DNA from: an uncultured virus (IMG/VR IMGVR_UViG_3300009507_000010) | Lineage: Duplodnaviria; Heunggongvirae; Uroviricota; Caudoviricetes | Direction: 5' to 3' (one strand) | DNA: 64,000 nucleotides | Virus record (IMG/VR): IMGVR_UViG_3300009507_000010 | Shown: positions 39,977 through 49,949 of the stretch, piece by piece | How positions within the stretch are numbered: position 1 is the first letter of the stretch | How the letters are laid out: the number at the start of each line of letters is the position of its first letter | Made by a program: the position numbers and the translations under genes | The notes under the pieces: generated by a model | The model's database searches: none | Seen by the model: the letters and a program-made list of their open reading frames with translations, nothing else | What the model was told of the DNA's origin: nothing

Positions 39977-41305
39977 ATGGCAAATAAACTAAACGGATTT
40001 TTAGATAACTTAACAAACGGCGTCTTAAACCCTAAGGGTAATTTAGGCGACTTTCAGCATGCTGCAAGATTATTTACTGATGATAATTTTCGCCTAGCAC
40101 CGAAAAACAAGTTTGTCTATCATGTTGTCTTTAATATTAACCCAGCTGTACCTAATGTTAGGTTTGATAAATTAGAACTTAACATGTTAGTTAAGAGTGC
40201 AGAAATGCCAAGATTTGGTCTTGATACTAGCACAGTTAATCAGTATAATCGAAAAAGAATTGTTACTACAAAGATTAATTATGAACCTGTAAGTATTGTG
40301 TTTCATGATGATAATAACAACACTACTACTGATATGTGGAAAGCATATTACAAGTACATGATTGCAGACGGCAATTATACAGGCGTTGGCTTTAGTGAAG
40401 ACTCCGCAGGTAATCCACAAGGAAACAACAGTGCCTTTGGGTTAAATCCATATGTAAGTAATAACAATGCATATGGTTTAGATTACAATACTGCTGGCAG
40501 TAAAAAACGATTCTTTACAAGCATACAAATAAGCCAACTGTCTAGACACAGGCACTTTACATATACCTTAGTAAATCCAGTAATAAACAGTTGGACACAC
40601 GACACAGTGTCAGCAGGCGAAAGCGGCACAGCTGAAAGCTCTATGAGCATTGCATACGAAACAGTGTTGTACCATAATCCAGGACAAGTAAAACCAGATA
40701 CTCCTGCAGGATTTGCTGACAGACATTACGACAAAATGCCAAGCCCAATTACACCTGCCGGAGGCGGTAGTGCTACACTATTTGGCCCAGGTGGCGTTAT
40801 AGACGGAGTTGCAAACATTTTTGATTTAGTCGGCAGTGGACAAATTAGTACAGTGGGCGGAGTTGTAGAAGCAATTACTACAGGTATTAATACTGCTAAC
40901 AACTTTAAGCAGCTTAATAGTTCCGGTGTTGTGGGCGAAGGATTAAACATATTAACTTCTGGCTTGCAATCCAATGTTAGTGTTTCTGGTCTAACTGATA
41001 CTTCATTCCCAACACCTAAAGTATCATCTGCAACAGTTGCTAGTTTAAATACTAATATCAATGCAAACTCTAGTGCTACTGTTGGAAATAACATATCAGA
41101 GTCTACTAGACAAATAACAGCAAGTGTTAAAAAGTTAGACGACTTCACATTGTCAACCGTGTACAAATCCGAATATATCACCAATAACGGCGACAGTGAC
41201 ATAAACACTATTAAGTCATCGTACGATGCATTAAGCGAATCTAGAAAGCAAGAGTACAGAACACTTGCAGTAGAAAACATTGAAAATGAGTTGAGAGCAA
41301 GATGA
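39977..41305 (+). CDS. Tail tube-fold baseplate protein (gp48/gp54-like)
   Basis: VKSAEMPRFGLDT...NQYNRKRIVTTKINYEPVSIVFHDD tube-like motif; GATAAATA at 39964. Confidence 0.55.
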   Translation: MANKLNGFLDNLTNGVLNPKGNLGDFQHAARLFTDDNFRLAPKNKFVYHVVFNINPAVPNVRFDKLELNMLVKSAEMPRFGLDTSTVNQYNRKRIVTTKINYEPVSIVFHDDNNNTTTDMWKAYYKYMIADGNYTGVGFSEDSAGNPQGNNSAFGLNPYVSNNNAYGLDYNTAGSKKRFFTSIQISQLSRHRHFTYTLVNPVINSWTHDTVSAGESGTAESSMSIAYETVLYHNPGQVKPDTPAGFADRHYDKMPSPITPAGGGSATLFGPGGVIDGVANIFDLVGSGQISTVGGVVEAITTGINTANNFKQLNSSGVVGEGLNILTSGLQSNVSVSGLTDTSFPTPKVSSATVASLNTNINANSSATVGNNISESTRQITASVKKLDDFTLSTVYKSEYITNNGDSDINTIKSSYDALSESRKQEYRTLAVENIENELRAR

Positions 41306-41673
41306 GTGAAAAAATAACTACAAATTTAGAACCGTCGACTACTAATAGAGAAACGAAAACATTCTTTAACAAATACTATACAACAGAAATATCTTATCCT
41401 GCTAACGAAATAGACGCAGTTGTGTCGTTTTTTACTAAAAGAGGATTTGATACTACTGCTGCTATTAGTGTCGCTACTGCTATTTTACAACAATCAAAGA
41501 ACGAAAATGTTCCTGTATTCGAAGTATTGGATACATTAACAGGTTTAGATTCTGTGCAGATTAGTGGAGTAGTAGCTCAGGTAGTAAACCTTAATAGACC
41601 AATAACAAGTGTAGTTGGATCTAAAAGTAAAAATCAAATTAAAAGTTTAGATACCAGAAATATATTACTCTAA
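41302..41673 (+). CDS. Hypothetical protein (probably structural)
   Basis: 123-aa ORF coupled to both neighbours. Confidence 0.65.
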   Translation: MSEKITTNLEPSTTNRETKTFFNKYYTTEISYPANEIDAVVSFFTKRGFDTTAAISVATAILQQSKNENVPVFEVLDTLTGLDSVQISGVVAQVVNLNRPITSVVGSKSKNQIKSLDTRNILL

Positions 41674-42110
41674 TGCCTAGATTTGCCCAAGGAAAGTTCG
41701 AGCTCAAAAATCCTGAAAAATACGCAGGTAACAGAACTCCAACTTATCGCAGTAGTTGGGAATGGGCAATGATGAAGTTTTGTGATGAAAACACTAACGT
41801 ATCGCAATGGGCAAGTGAAGCAATAAAAATACCCTATCGCAATCCTCTAACAGGCAAGTATACAGTATATGTGCCTGATTTTTTTATTGTGTATACAGAT
41901 AAGACTGGCAAGAATAGAGTTGAACTAATTGAAGTTAAACCTGAAAACCAAGCTGACAGAAGTAAGCTAGGAAAATCAAAAGCAAATCAAGCACACTACA
42001 TTGTTAATATGGCAAAGTGGGAAGCTGCTAGAGCTTGGTGCAAACAAAAAAGCATTTACTTTCGTGTAATAACAGAGAATGATATTTTCCATAACGGCAA
42101 AAGAAGATAA
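41673..42110 (+). CDS. Head completion nuclease, T4 gp4-like
   Basis: YRSSWE...WASEAIKIPY...YVPDF...IEVKP...KWEAARAWC. Confidence 0.88.
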   Translation: MPRFAQGKFELKNPEKYAGNRTPTYRSSWEWAMMKFCDENTNVSQWASEAIKIPYRNPLTGKYTVYVPDFFIVYTDKTGKNRVELIEVKPENQADRSKLGKSKANQAHYIVNMAKWEAARAWCKQKSIYFRVITENDIFHNGKRR

Positions 42111-42139
42111 ATAATAGTAGCATATAATGGTAAAAGGTC

Positions 42140-42622
42140 ATGACAAAAAAATTAGAAGAATTATTAAATTTACCTGAGAATAAAGATATTACTACCGAAG
42201 TTCCTTCAACTCCAGTAGTTAAATCTGACGTCGAAGAAACATTTGATGCAATGGCAGAGTTTGATAAAATTGCTGCTGCATTGCCTAAGGTATCAGGCCT
42301 TGGAACTAAAGCAGATACAGAATTAGATACGATTGCCGATAAAGCAATGCAAACATACGAAGACTTAATGAACTTAGGTATGAATGTTGAAAGCAGATAC
42401 AGTGGCAGAATATTTGAAGTGGCAGGCGGCTTGCTTAAAACTAGCTTAGATGCTAAGACTGCTAAGTTAGATAAAAAACTTAAAATGATAGAACTACAGC
42501 TTAAAAAACAAAAAATGGATCAGGATAACAATTCCGATGATGATGATACATTTGTTGGTGAAGGTAAAGTAATTACAGATCGAAATAGTTTACTTGATAA
42601 ACTACGCAACATTGATAAATAG
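42140..42622 (+). CDS. Possible terminase small subunit (coiled-coil)
   Basis: 160-aa helical protein upstream of terminase large subunit; assignment rests on position and character only. Confidence 0.4.
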   Translation: MTKKLEELLNLPENKDITTEVPSTPVVKSDVEETFDAMAEFDKIAAALPKVSGLGTKADTELDTIADKAMQTYEDLMNLGMNVESRYSGRIFEVAGGLLKTSLDAKTAKLDKKLKMIELQLKKQKMDQDNNSDDDDTFVGEGKVITDRNSLLDKLRNIDK

Positions 42623-42646
42623 TATTATAGTTTGGGAACGAATACA

Positions 42647-43165
42647 ATGAAAAAATTTACAGATTTTCTTACAGAGTCAAAAAAGACTTATGAATTTAGA
42701 ATTAGAGTAGCAGGAGATCTTCCAGAAGCATGTGAAGATCGTTTAGAAACTGCATTAAAGAAATTTAATGTACTAAACATGTCCAGTGGCAAAACAACAC
42801 CTATTGTTGAGCGTCCATTAGACTTTCCGCAATTAAAAAACTGTGAAGTACACAGTTGGAACGTTGAATTAGAATACCCGACTACATCACATCAACTTCA
42901 AGAATATCTTAGAGACACTTGTAAAATTCCTTACTCTCACCTTATTGTACGTAACCCAAACGAGCCACAAGAAGATTATCAGGAAACTAAAGAAGATAAA
43001 GAGTACGAATCAGTACTTAATACTGACTATGCAGTTGAAACAGAAAATCAAAAAATGGCACCTAATAACCAAGTAATGGATCTACTTAAAGAACTTGAAG
43101 TAGCACGTAAAGAAAACAAGCACGATCCGATTGACAGTGTGCAAAAAGCACCGGAGGCAGAATAA
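42647..43165 (+). CDS. Hypothetical protein
   Basis: ORF 42632..43165; likely start MKKFTDFLTE at 42647; GATAAATA at 42614. Confidence 0.65.
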   Translation: MKKFTDFLTESKKTYEFRIRVAGDLPEACEDRLETALKKFNVLNMSSGKTTPIVERPLDFPQLKNCEVHSWNVELEYPTTSHQLQEYLRDTCKIPYSHLIVRNPNEPQEDYQETKEDKEYESVLNTDYAVETENQKMAPNNQVMDLLKELEVARKENKHDPIDSVQKAPEAE

Positions 43166-43818
43166 TGACTACTATTAAAGACATGATTCAACATATGGAT
43201 CGAATTGAAGGAAATACAAAAAGTACTTCCATTATCACAGAAGCAAGTTTAAGCATTAATGCTAATGCAGAAACAGCAGCAGAAATTGGCGAACTAATGC
43301 GTGTAATGCAATTAGGCGGCATAGTGCATAATGATGGTACTACTAGTGAGCTTCCACACATGGAGCCAGACGGCGATGAAATGCCTACTCCATGCGGCGG
43401 TGAGCCAGAAGTACTAGCACTACCTGCACCAGAGCACGATGATCGTGAAATGATGAAACGCAGAATGATGTCACTTGACAGTATTGAGTCAGGCGATGTT
43501 GAAGAAGACTATGCTAATGAGCCTGAAGAAGAATATCACAGTACAGACGACTTACTAGCATCGGGTGATGATCTGCATAAAACTAAGAAGTCCTATGCAC
43601 CTACAAATGGCGCAGATAATCCAATGGCAGAAGAAATTAAATCTATTGCAGAGCAGCTAATGGCAGCACTTGCTGAAAAGAAAGGCGACAAGCCAGACTT
43701 TGCAGACATTGATGGCGACGGCGACAAAGAAGAGCCAATGGCTAAAGCAGCTAAAGATAAAGAAGAAGGTAGCAAGCCTGAAAAAGGTAAAGTACCTCCA
43801 CAGTTCCAAAAGAAATAA
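43165..43818 (+). CDS. Acidic hypothetical protein with DxDxDG motif
   Basis: 217 aa, very D/E-rich; KPDFADIDGDGDKEE. Confidence 0.7.
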   Translation: MTTIKDMIQHMDRIEGNTKSTSIITEASLSINANAETAAEIGELMRVMQLGGIVHNDGTTSELPHMEPDGDEMPTPCGGEPEVLALPAPEHDDREMMKRRMMSLDSIESGDVEEDYANEPEEEYHSTDDLLASGDDLHKTKKSYAPTNGADNPMAEEIKSIAEQLMAALAEKKGDKPDFADIDGDGDKEEPMAKAAKDKEEGSKPEKGKVPPQFQKK

Positions 43819-43846
43819 GAACGTTCTACCGATAGAGCGAACGGCC

Positions 43847-43874
43847 AAATAGCACCTTCGGGTGCTATTTTTTT
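43847..43874 (+). terminator. Intrinsic terminator with UUCG tetraloop
   Basis: AAATAGCACC-TTCG-GGTGCTATTT followed by TTTT. Confidence 0.9.
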
Positions 43875-43888
43875 GAGTAAATAACATT

Positions 43889-45472
43889 ATGGCAGCATCA
43901 TTAGACGGCGTCTTAATTAAGAAGGCGAATAGAAAAGAAACATATACAGAAGAACAAGTTGCAGACTTACTTGCCTGTATGGACCCCGACACGGGCTATC
44001 TATACTTTGCACGTAAGTTTGCATTTATTCAGCATCCTACAAAGGGCAAACTATTATTTGATCCGTATGAATATCAGTTACGATTAATGCACAGCTATCA
44101 CAGCTATCGCTTTAATATTAACATGATGCCTAGGCAAACAGGAAAAACAACGTGTGCAGCAATTTACCTAGCTTGGTACGCAATGTTTACTCCGGATCAA
44201 ACGTGCCTTATTGCTGCACACAAATACACAGGTGCGCAAGAAATTATGTCACGCATACGTTATGTATACGAAACTTGTCCAGACCATATTAGAGCAGGTG
44301 TTACATCGTATAACAAGGGCAGCATTGAATTTGAAAACGGATCACGTATTGTGTCGCAAACAACAACAGGCAACACAGGACGTGGTATGTCAATCTCGCT
44401 ACTATACTGTGACGAGTTTGCATTTGTGCAACCAAACATTGCTGAAGAGTTCTGGACTTCAATATCTCCTACACTAGCAACTGGTGGTAGAGCTATTATT
44501 ACAAGCACACCGAACTCAGATGAAGATACCTTTGCAACTATTTGGAAACAAGCAGAGAACAAATTTGATGAACATGGTAATGAACAAGAGCTAGGCACTA
44601 ACGGATTTCATAGCTTTATTGCACACTGGAACGAACACCCAGATCGTGATGAAAAATGGAAGCAAGATGAAATTGGTCGTATCGGCGAAGAGAAGTTCCG
44701 TCGTGAATACGGTTGCGAATTCCTAGTATTTGATGAAACACTTATTAACAGTCTTACACTTGCTGGATTAGAAGGCGCAGCTCCTATACTTAATATGGGG
44801 CAAACACGTTGGTATAAAAAGCCTACAAGTCAATACACATATGCAGTAGCACTTGATCCTAGTATGGGTACAGGTGGAGACAACGCAGCTATACAAGTGT
44901 TTGAATTGCCTACTTATATACAAGTAGCAGAGTGGCAACACAACCAAACTGCAATACCAGGGCAAATACGTGTACTTGCAGATATTTGTAAGTACATTGC
45001 ACAAGAAACTGGTAATGCTAATAACATATATTGGAGTGTTGAAAACAACGGTATCGGAGAAGCATGTTTGATTGTCATCAACGACTTCGGCGAAGAAAAT
45101 ATTCCAGGGCTGTTTGTAAGTGAGCCAATGCGCAAAGGACATGTAAGAAAGTTCCGCAAAGGATTTAACACTACACACGGCACTAAGATTACAGCGTGTA
45201 GCAGATTAAAAACAATGGTAGAAGGGGGCAAGATGACAATCAAGTCTAAACCTCTACTGTCAGAACTAAAAGGATACATTGCCACAGGCAGTAGTTTCCA
45301 AGCAAAGTCAGGAATGACAGACGACTTGATAAGTGCTACACTATTAGCACTAAGAATGATGGCAGTATTAAAAGACTGGGATCCTAGAATATATAATACT
45401 TTCACACAAGCAGAGCAAGACGATGATTACGAAGCACCAATGCCGATCTTCATCAGTAGCAGTTTTGGATAA
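43889..45472 (+). CDS. Terminase large subunit, T4 gp17-like
   Basis: PRQTGKTT Walker A; LLYCDEFAF Walker B; ITSTPN; ALDPSMGTGGD nuclease; VENN; DDL. Confidence 0.95.
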   Translation: MAASLDGVLIKKANRKETYTEEQVADLLACMDPDTGYLYFARKFAFIQHPTKGKLLFDPYEYQLRLMHSYHSYRFNINMMPRQTGKTTCAAIYLAWYAMFTPDQTCLIAAHKYTGAQEIMSRIRYVYETCPDHIRAGVTSYNKGSIEFENGSRIVSQTTTGNTGRGMSISLLYCDEFAFVQPNIAEEFWTSISPTLATGGRAIITSTPNSDEDTFATIWKQAENKFDEHGNEQELGTNGFHSFIAHWNEHPDRDEKWKQDEIGRIGEEKFRREYGCEFLVFDETLINSLTLAGLEGAAPILNMGQTRWYKKPTSQYTYAVALDPSMGTGGDNAAIQVFELPTYIQVAEWQHNQTAIPGQIRVLADICKYIAQETGNANNIYWSVENNGIGEACLIVINDFGEENIPGLFVSEPMRKGHVRKFRKGFNTTHGTKITACSRLKTMVEGGKMTIKSKPLLSELKGYIATGSSFQAKSGMTDDLISATLLALRMMAVLKDWDPRIYNTFTQAEQDDDYEAPMPIFISSSFG

Positions 45473-45482
45473 ATACTTTACT

Positions 45483-47351
45483 ATGATAAACTTAAACTTA
45501 ATAGCAGAAGACCTATTTAATAAAATACGTAGCCGTTACCAAAGTGTAACTATGGGCGACGAAAATGGAAAAGTGACTAGTGATCCTCAGTTGGCACGTT
45601 TTATTGATTTTGAATATAAATCACAAACAGAAGCCCTAGGACAAGTTAGCATAAGTTTAACTGAAACTGGACTTGTAGTTTATTATAGCACAGAATTTGT
45701 AAGTGAAGAATCCGATGAAGTAAAACGAGATTGGTACAGCTTCCTTAAAGAACTTAGAACATTTAGTAAGAAACGTAGACTTAATTTTGAACCGAGAGAT
45801 ATCACAAAGTCTAATTTAGATAAAAGAGATTATCAGTTTCTAGCACAAAACTCCGGAGAGACCCAAATGAGTGAATCAAAATTATACGGCTCTGCCCGTA
45901 AAAGCTATCAAGATTTAGGTGGCGCAAAGTTAATGGTTACACATAGTAAACCTATTAATACAGAAATCGCAGGCGGACGTTCAATGCATATTGAAAGCAT
46001 CTTTATTGAAAGTTCAGAAGGCGAACGCTTTAAATATCCTGTTAAGCATTTGAATGGTGCAAGAGCATTAGGTCGTCATATTGCAAATGGCGGTAAGCCA
46101 CATGATTCATTTGGTACACATGTAATTGAAATGAGCCAAGAGCTAGGCAAGCTACGTAAGTTTAAAACTTATATGGGACGTTCGGGTGTTATGGCAGAAG
46201 CAATGGGTCCTGTTTCTGATCGTGTTAACGAGCGTATAGAAAAAATTAAAAAAGAAGTAATGCAATTGCAGCGCGAATCATATTACAAAGATGTAGTAGA
46301 GAATTTTGAAACTCGCGAACTATCAGAAGTTCCAGAAGAAGTAAAAGCAAGCTGGGTTGAAGCACTTACTATCAAATCATTCCAAGAAGAATTACAAGAT
46401 GTATTTCCTTATATCTACAATCTTGTTAGTGAAACACAAGATATTAATCCAGAAGATTTTCAAACTGAAGGCGAACAGCCGGCAGAGTCATACGTAGTAC
46501 GTAGAGGCGATACTATCTTTTCAATTGCAAAGAGATTCGCTGATTCTAACTACGACGGTGATGTCAAAGCTGGTGTTGAAGACATTATGGAATTAAATGG
46601 TATTAGTGATCCAACATCACTACAGCCTGGCCAAAAATTAGAAATTGGTTACTTTATGGGCAGTATGAAAAGTGGCGGAACACGAGGACTACCGCCAGGC
46701 GGATTTAAAGCATATGAAGCAGAACTAGAATCATCAATTGGTGCAGTAACAAAGAAGTACGATGTTATTGAAAGTAATTCGGTGTTTAGTAGTGACGAAG
46801 GCGAGCAAGCTCAAGCAATTAAAAAATTACAATCACTAGTAGGAGATCATTTTCCAGCAGGCATAGATGGCATGAATGCAATCGAAAGTCTAAGCGGACT
46901 TATTGACGATCCGATGCTAACTGATATGTTTAAAAAAGTTGGAGCGAAAGATTCAGATATGTGTGTACGTCCATTAGTACACAAATATATCAAAGCTAAA
47001 AACCCACAGTTGCTAGCCAAGTTAGATTTTGGCGACATGACAAGTTCTTCAGAACCAAAAGAAACTGAAGTTACTGTAGGCAAAGACGGATCAATGTCAC
47101 TAGACAAAGAAGAAGCAAAAGAGCAAAAGACTCCATTAGGTGAGTTCATCCTAAGCTACTTTGATCGCGAAACAGGTGAGTTTCCAAAAGGTGAAACAGC
47201 AGTACTAACTAGCGTTGAAAAGGACTACGGTGACAAGTATGTAGGCCCTGCAAAACAGTTTATTGAGCGTGTACGTCAAACATGCGAAGAATATGTTGCA
47301 GACGACAGTACTGAAGAGTTTGATAGAATTAGAGCACTAGCCGGTTTGTAA
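45483..47351 (+). CDS. Hypothetical (late) protein containing a LysM domain
   Basis: YVVRRGDTIFSIAKRF...IMELNGISDPTSLQPGQKLEI; start moved to ATG 45483 after GATAAATA (45468). Confidence 0.75.
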   Translation: MINLNLIAEDLFNKIRSRYQSVTMGDENGKVTSDPQLARFIDFEYKSQTEALGQVSISLTETGLVVYYSTEFVSEESDEVKRDWYSFLKELRTFSKKRRLNFEPRDITKSNLDKRDYQFLAQNSGETQMSESKLYGSARKSYQDLGGAKLMVTHSKPINTEIAGGRSMHIESIFIESSEGERFKYPVKHLNGARALGRHIANGGKPHDSFGTHVIEMSQELGKLRKFKTYMGRSGVMAEAMGPVSDRVNERIEKIKKEVMQLQRESYYKDVVENFETRELSEVPEEVKASWVEALTIKSFQEELQDVFPYIYNLVSETQDINPEDFQTEGEQPAESYVVRRGDTIFSIAKRFADSNYDGDVKAGVEDIMELNGISDPTSLQPGQKLEIGYFMGSMKSGGTRGLPPGGFKAYEAELESSIGAVTKKYDVIESNSVFSSDEGEQAQAIKKLQSLVGDHFPAGIDGMNAIESLSGLIDDPMLTDMFKKVGAKDSDMCVRPLVHKYIKAKNPQLLAKLDFGDMTSSSEPKETEVTVGKDGSMSLDKEEAKEQKTPLGEFILSYFDRETGEFPKGETAVLTSVEKDYGDKYVGPAKQFIERVRQTCEEYVADDSTEEFDRIRALAGL

Positions 47352-47397
47352 TTGGCTAGCGTACTATAAGTTTTATTTCTTTTTCTTTAAAAAAGAC

Positions 47398-47426
47398 TTG
47401 ACAATCGTTGTAGACCAGTATATAAT
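47398..47426 (+). promoter_or_regulatory. Consensus sigma70 promoter upstream of gp32
   Basis: TTGACA(47398-47403)-17 bp-TATAAT(47421-47426), with a T/A-rich UP-like tract upstream. Confidence 0.85.
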
Positions 47427-47506
47427 AATAACTGTGCTACAAACAAATAGGCACTTAGTAGCAATGTAGCTACGCAGCACATAGGCATTTATAGGAGGCA
47501 TTAACT

Positions 47507-48538
47507 ATGGCATCATTAGCAGAAATCCGAGCAAAGCTCAAAGAACAAGAAGCTGGCTCAAACGGCAATCGTACATCAGGCGGTGGCGATAACGCAATTT
47601 ACCCATTTTGGAATATCAAAGAAGGCGAGAGTGCAATTCTACGTTTCCTTCCAGATGGTAACACATCCAATGACTTTTTCTGGGCAGAACGATTGATGAT
47701 TAAACTACCTTTCGCAGGTGTTAAAGGTCAAACTGATTCACGTCCAGTACAAGTACAAGTTCCTTGTATGGAGATGTACGGAGAGTCATGTCCAATTCTT
47801 GCAGAAGTACGCGGTTGGTTCAAAGACCCTTCACTAGAAGATATGGGTCGTAAGTACTGGAAAAAGCGTTCGTATATCATGCAAGGGTTTGTAACTGACA
47901 ACCCGTTGTCAGAAGATACAACACCAGAAAACCCAATTCGTAGATTTATTATTGGTCCACAAATCTTCCAGATTATTAAGCAGTCTTTGCTTGACCCAGA
48001 TATGGAAGAATTGCCAACAGATTATACTGCTGGTGTAGACTTCCGTCTTAACAAAACATCTAAAGGCGGATATGCAGACTATGGTACATCGAACTGGGCA
48101 CGTCGTGAACGTCCACTTAGTGATGCAGAAATGAATGCAATCAATACACACGGATTGTTTAATATGTCAGACTTCCTTCCTAAGAAGCCTACTGAAGTTG
48201 AAGTTAAAGTGTTGCACGAGATGTTTGAAGCATCAGTAGATGGTGAAGCATACGATCCAGATCGTTGGTCACAGTACTTCCGACCAGCAGGTATGCAAGC
48301 ACGTACAGGTGACCCGACTAAGGCAGCAAGCCCACAGGCAACTGCTACAAGTCAAAGTGCTCCTGCTCCACAAGCAGCACCAGTAGCAGCAACACCTGCT
48401 CCACAAGCAGCACCAGCAGCACCGGCAGTTGAAGAGTCAGTACCATTTGATACTACTCCGCAAGAAGCAGCACCAGCAGCAGGTGGCGGCGGCGCAAGTG
48501 ACATTCTTGCAATGATTCGCGCACGTCAGCAAGGTTAA
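47507..48538 (+). CDS. Single-stranded DNA-binding protein, T4 gp32-like
   Basis: AILRFLP...CMEMYGESCPI...YWKKRSY...GVDFRLNK...YADYGTSNW; Ala/Pro-rich tail; RBS AGGAGG. Confidence 0.88.
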   Translation: MASLAEIRAKLKEQEAGSNGNRTSGGGDNAIYPFWNIKEGESAILRFLPDGNTSNDFFWAERLMIKLPFAGVKGQTDSRPVQVQVPCMEMYGESCPILAEVRGWFKDPSLEDMGRKYWKKRSYIMQGFVTDNPLSEDTTPENPIRRFIIGPQIFQIIKQSLLDPDMEELPTDYTAGVDFRLNKTSKGGYADYGTSNWARRERPLSDAEMNAINTHGLFNMSDFLPKKPTEVEVKVLHEMFEASVDGEAYDPDRWSQYFRPAGMQARTGDPTKAASPQATATSQSAPAPQAAPVAATPAPQAAPAAPAVEESVPFDTTPQEAAPAAGGGGASDILAMIRARQQG

Positions 48539-48541
48539 TAC

Positions 48542-48590
48542 AGCAAGCTAAAAGGGTTGCATCTTTAAAAAGCAACCCTTTTTAGTTGCT
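48542..48590 (+). terminator. Intrinsic (possibly bidirectional) terminator after gp32
   Basis: AAAAGGGTTGC...GCAACCCTTTTT hairpin. Confidence 0.8.
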
Positions 48591-48618
48591 CTACTTTTCA
48601 GCTTATTAGGAGAAACAA

Positions 48619-49704
48619 ATGGCTAAATCATTCGATGTTAGTAAGTTCCGTAAGGACTTGACTAAAAGTATCTCAGGCATGAGTGCTGGATTTAACGATC
48701 CTACTGATTGGATTTCAACAGGATCATATGCGCTAAACTATCTTATCTCAGGAGACTTTCACAAGGGTGTTCCGCTGGGTAAGGTAACTGTGTTTGCAGG
48801 TGAATCAGGAGCAGGTAAGAGTTATTTCTGTTCAGGTAACATTGTAAAACACGCACAGGATCAAGGAATCTTTGTAGTACTAATTGACTCGGAGAACGCA
48901 CTTGATGAGAGCTGGCTACAGGCTCTAGAAGTTGACACAAGTGAAGAAAAACTTCTTAAACTTAATATGTCAATGATTGACGATGTAGCAAAAACTATCT
49001 CAACTTTTATTACAGACTACAAATCAATGGCGGAAGAAGACCGTCCTAAAGTGTTGTTTGTAATTGACTCATTGGGTATGTTGCTAACACCTACTGATGT
49101 TGATCAGTTTAACAAGGGTGATATGAAAGGTGATATGGGTCGTAAGCCTAAGGCGTTGACTTCACTTGTTCGTAACACAGTTAATATGATTGGCTCATTG
49201 AATGTTGGACTAGTATGTACTAACCACACATACGCATCGCAAGATATGTTTGACCCAGATGACAAAATCAGTGGTGGCTCGGGCTTTATCTATGCATCAA
49301 GTATTGTTGTTGCAATGAAGAAGATGAAGTTGAAAGAAGACGAAGACGGCAACAAGATCTCAGAAGTTATGGGTATCCGTGCTGGTTGTAAAGTAATGAA
49401 GACTCGCTATGCAAAACCGTTTGAAGGTGTGCAGGTTAAGATTCCTTACGAGACTGGTATGAATCCTTACTCAGGTCTAGTTGAATTGTTTGAGAAGAAA
49501 GGCTTGTTGACAAAGCAAGGCAATCGACTCAAGTATGTAAACTTAGCAGGCGAAGAAGTTCTTGAATATCGCAAGGCTTGGATGCAAGAAGGTAAACTCG
49601 ATTTGATTATGTCGGAATACAACGAAAAAATTGCACCTGTGGTAAATACCGACGATGCAGAAGTAGTTGATGCAGACTTAATTGAAGAAACATACGAGGA
49701 GTAA
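48619..49704 (+). CDS. uvsX: RecA-like recombinase UvsX
   Basis: AGESGAGKS Walker A; IDSENA; VIDSLG; GGSGFIYASS. Confidence 0.92.
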   Translation: MAKSFDVSKFRKDLTKSISGMSAGFNDPTDWISTGSYALNYLISGDFHKGVPLGKVTVFAGESGAGKSYFCSGNIVKHAQDQGIFVVLIDSENALDESWLQALEVDTSEEKLLKLNMSMIDDVAKTISTFITDYKSMAEEDRPKVLFVIDSLGMLLTPTDVDQFNKGDMKGDMGRKPKALTSLVRNTVNMIGSLNVGLVCTNHTYASQDMFDPDDKISGGSGFIYASSIVVAMKKMKLKEDEDGNKISEVMGIRAGCKVMKTRYAKPFEGVQVKIPYETGMNPYSGLVELFEKKGLLTKQGNRLKYVNLAGEEVLEYRKAWMQEGKLDLIMSEYNEKIAPVVNTDDAEVVDADLIEETYEE

Positions 49705-49707
49705 CCT

Positions 49708-49947
49708 ATGAACAACGAAGAGCAGATCGTAGAGATATGGAATCTGTTTAAACCATATCTTGACAAGAAACAGATTGACATTATCGCAGAAAAGTTTATT
49801 GATCATCTTGTTGACTCTGGTACACATGACGAAGTATTAACAGCATGCTTAGGTAACAGTCAGAGTTTAGATAATGCAATTCATTATTATCTAGATATGG
49901 AAGACGAACTTAAAGATGATGCTGATATAGACGAATGGGATGATTAA
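49708..49947 (+). CDS. Hypothetical acidic protein
   Basis: 79-aa ORF with RBS GAGGAG. Confidence 0.65.
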   Translation: MNNEEQIVEIWNLFKPYLDKKQIDIIAEKFIDHLVDSGTHDEVLTACLGNSQSLDNAIHYYLDMEDELKDDADIDEWDD

Positions 49948-49949
49948 AC

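Noticed and set aside
45423..45482. ORF-track starts at 45423 (and likewise 27701, 55344, 42632, 60557)
   Set aside because: Downstream ATGs fit promoter or RBS positions better and avoid long overlaps, so starts were adjusted.
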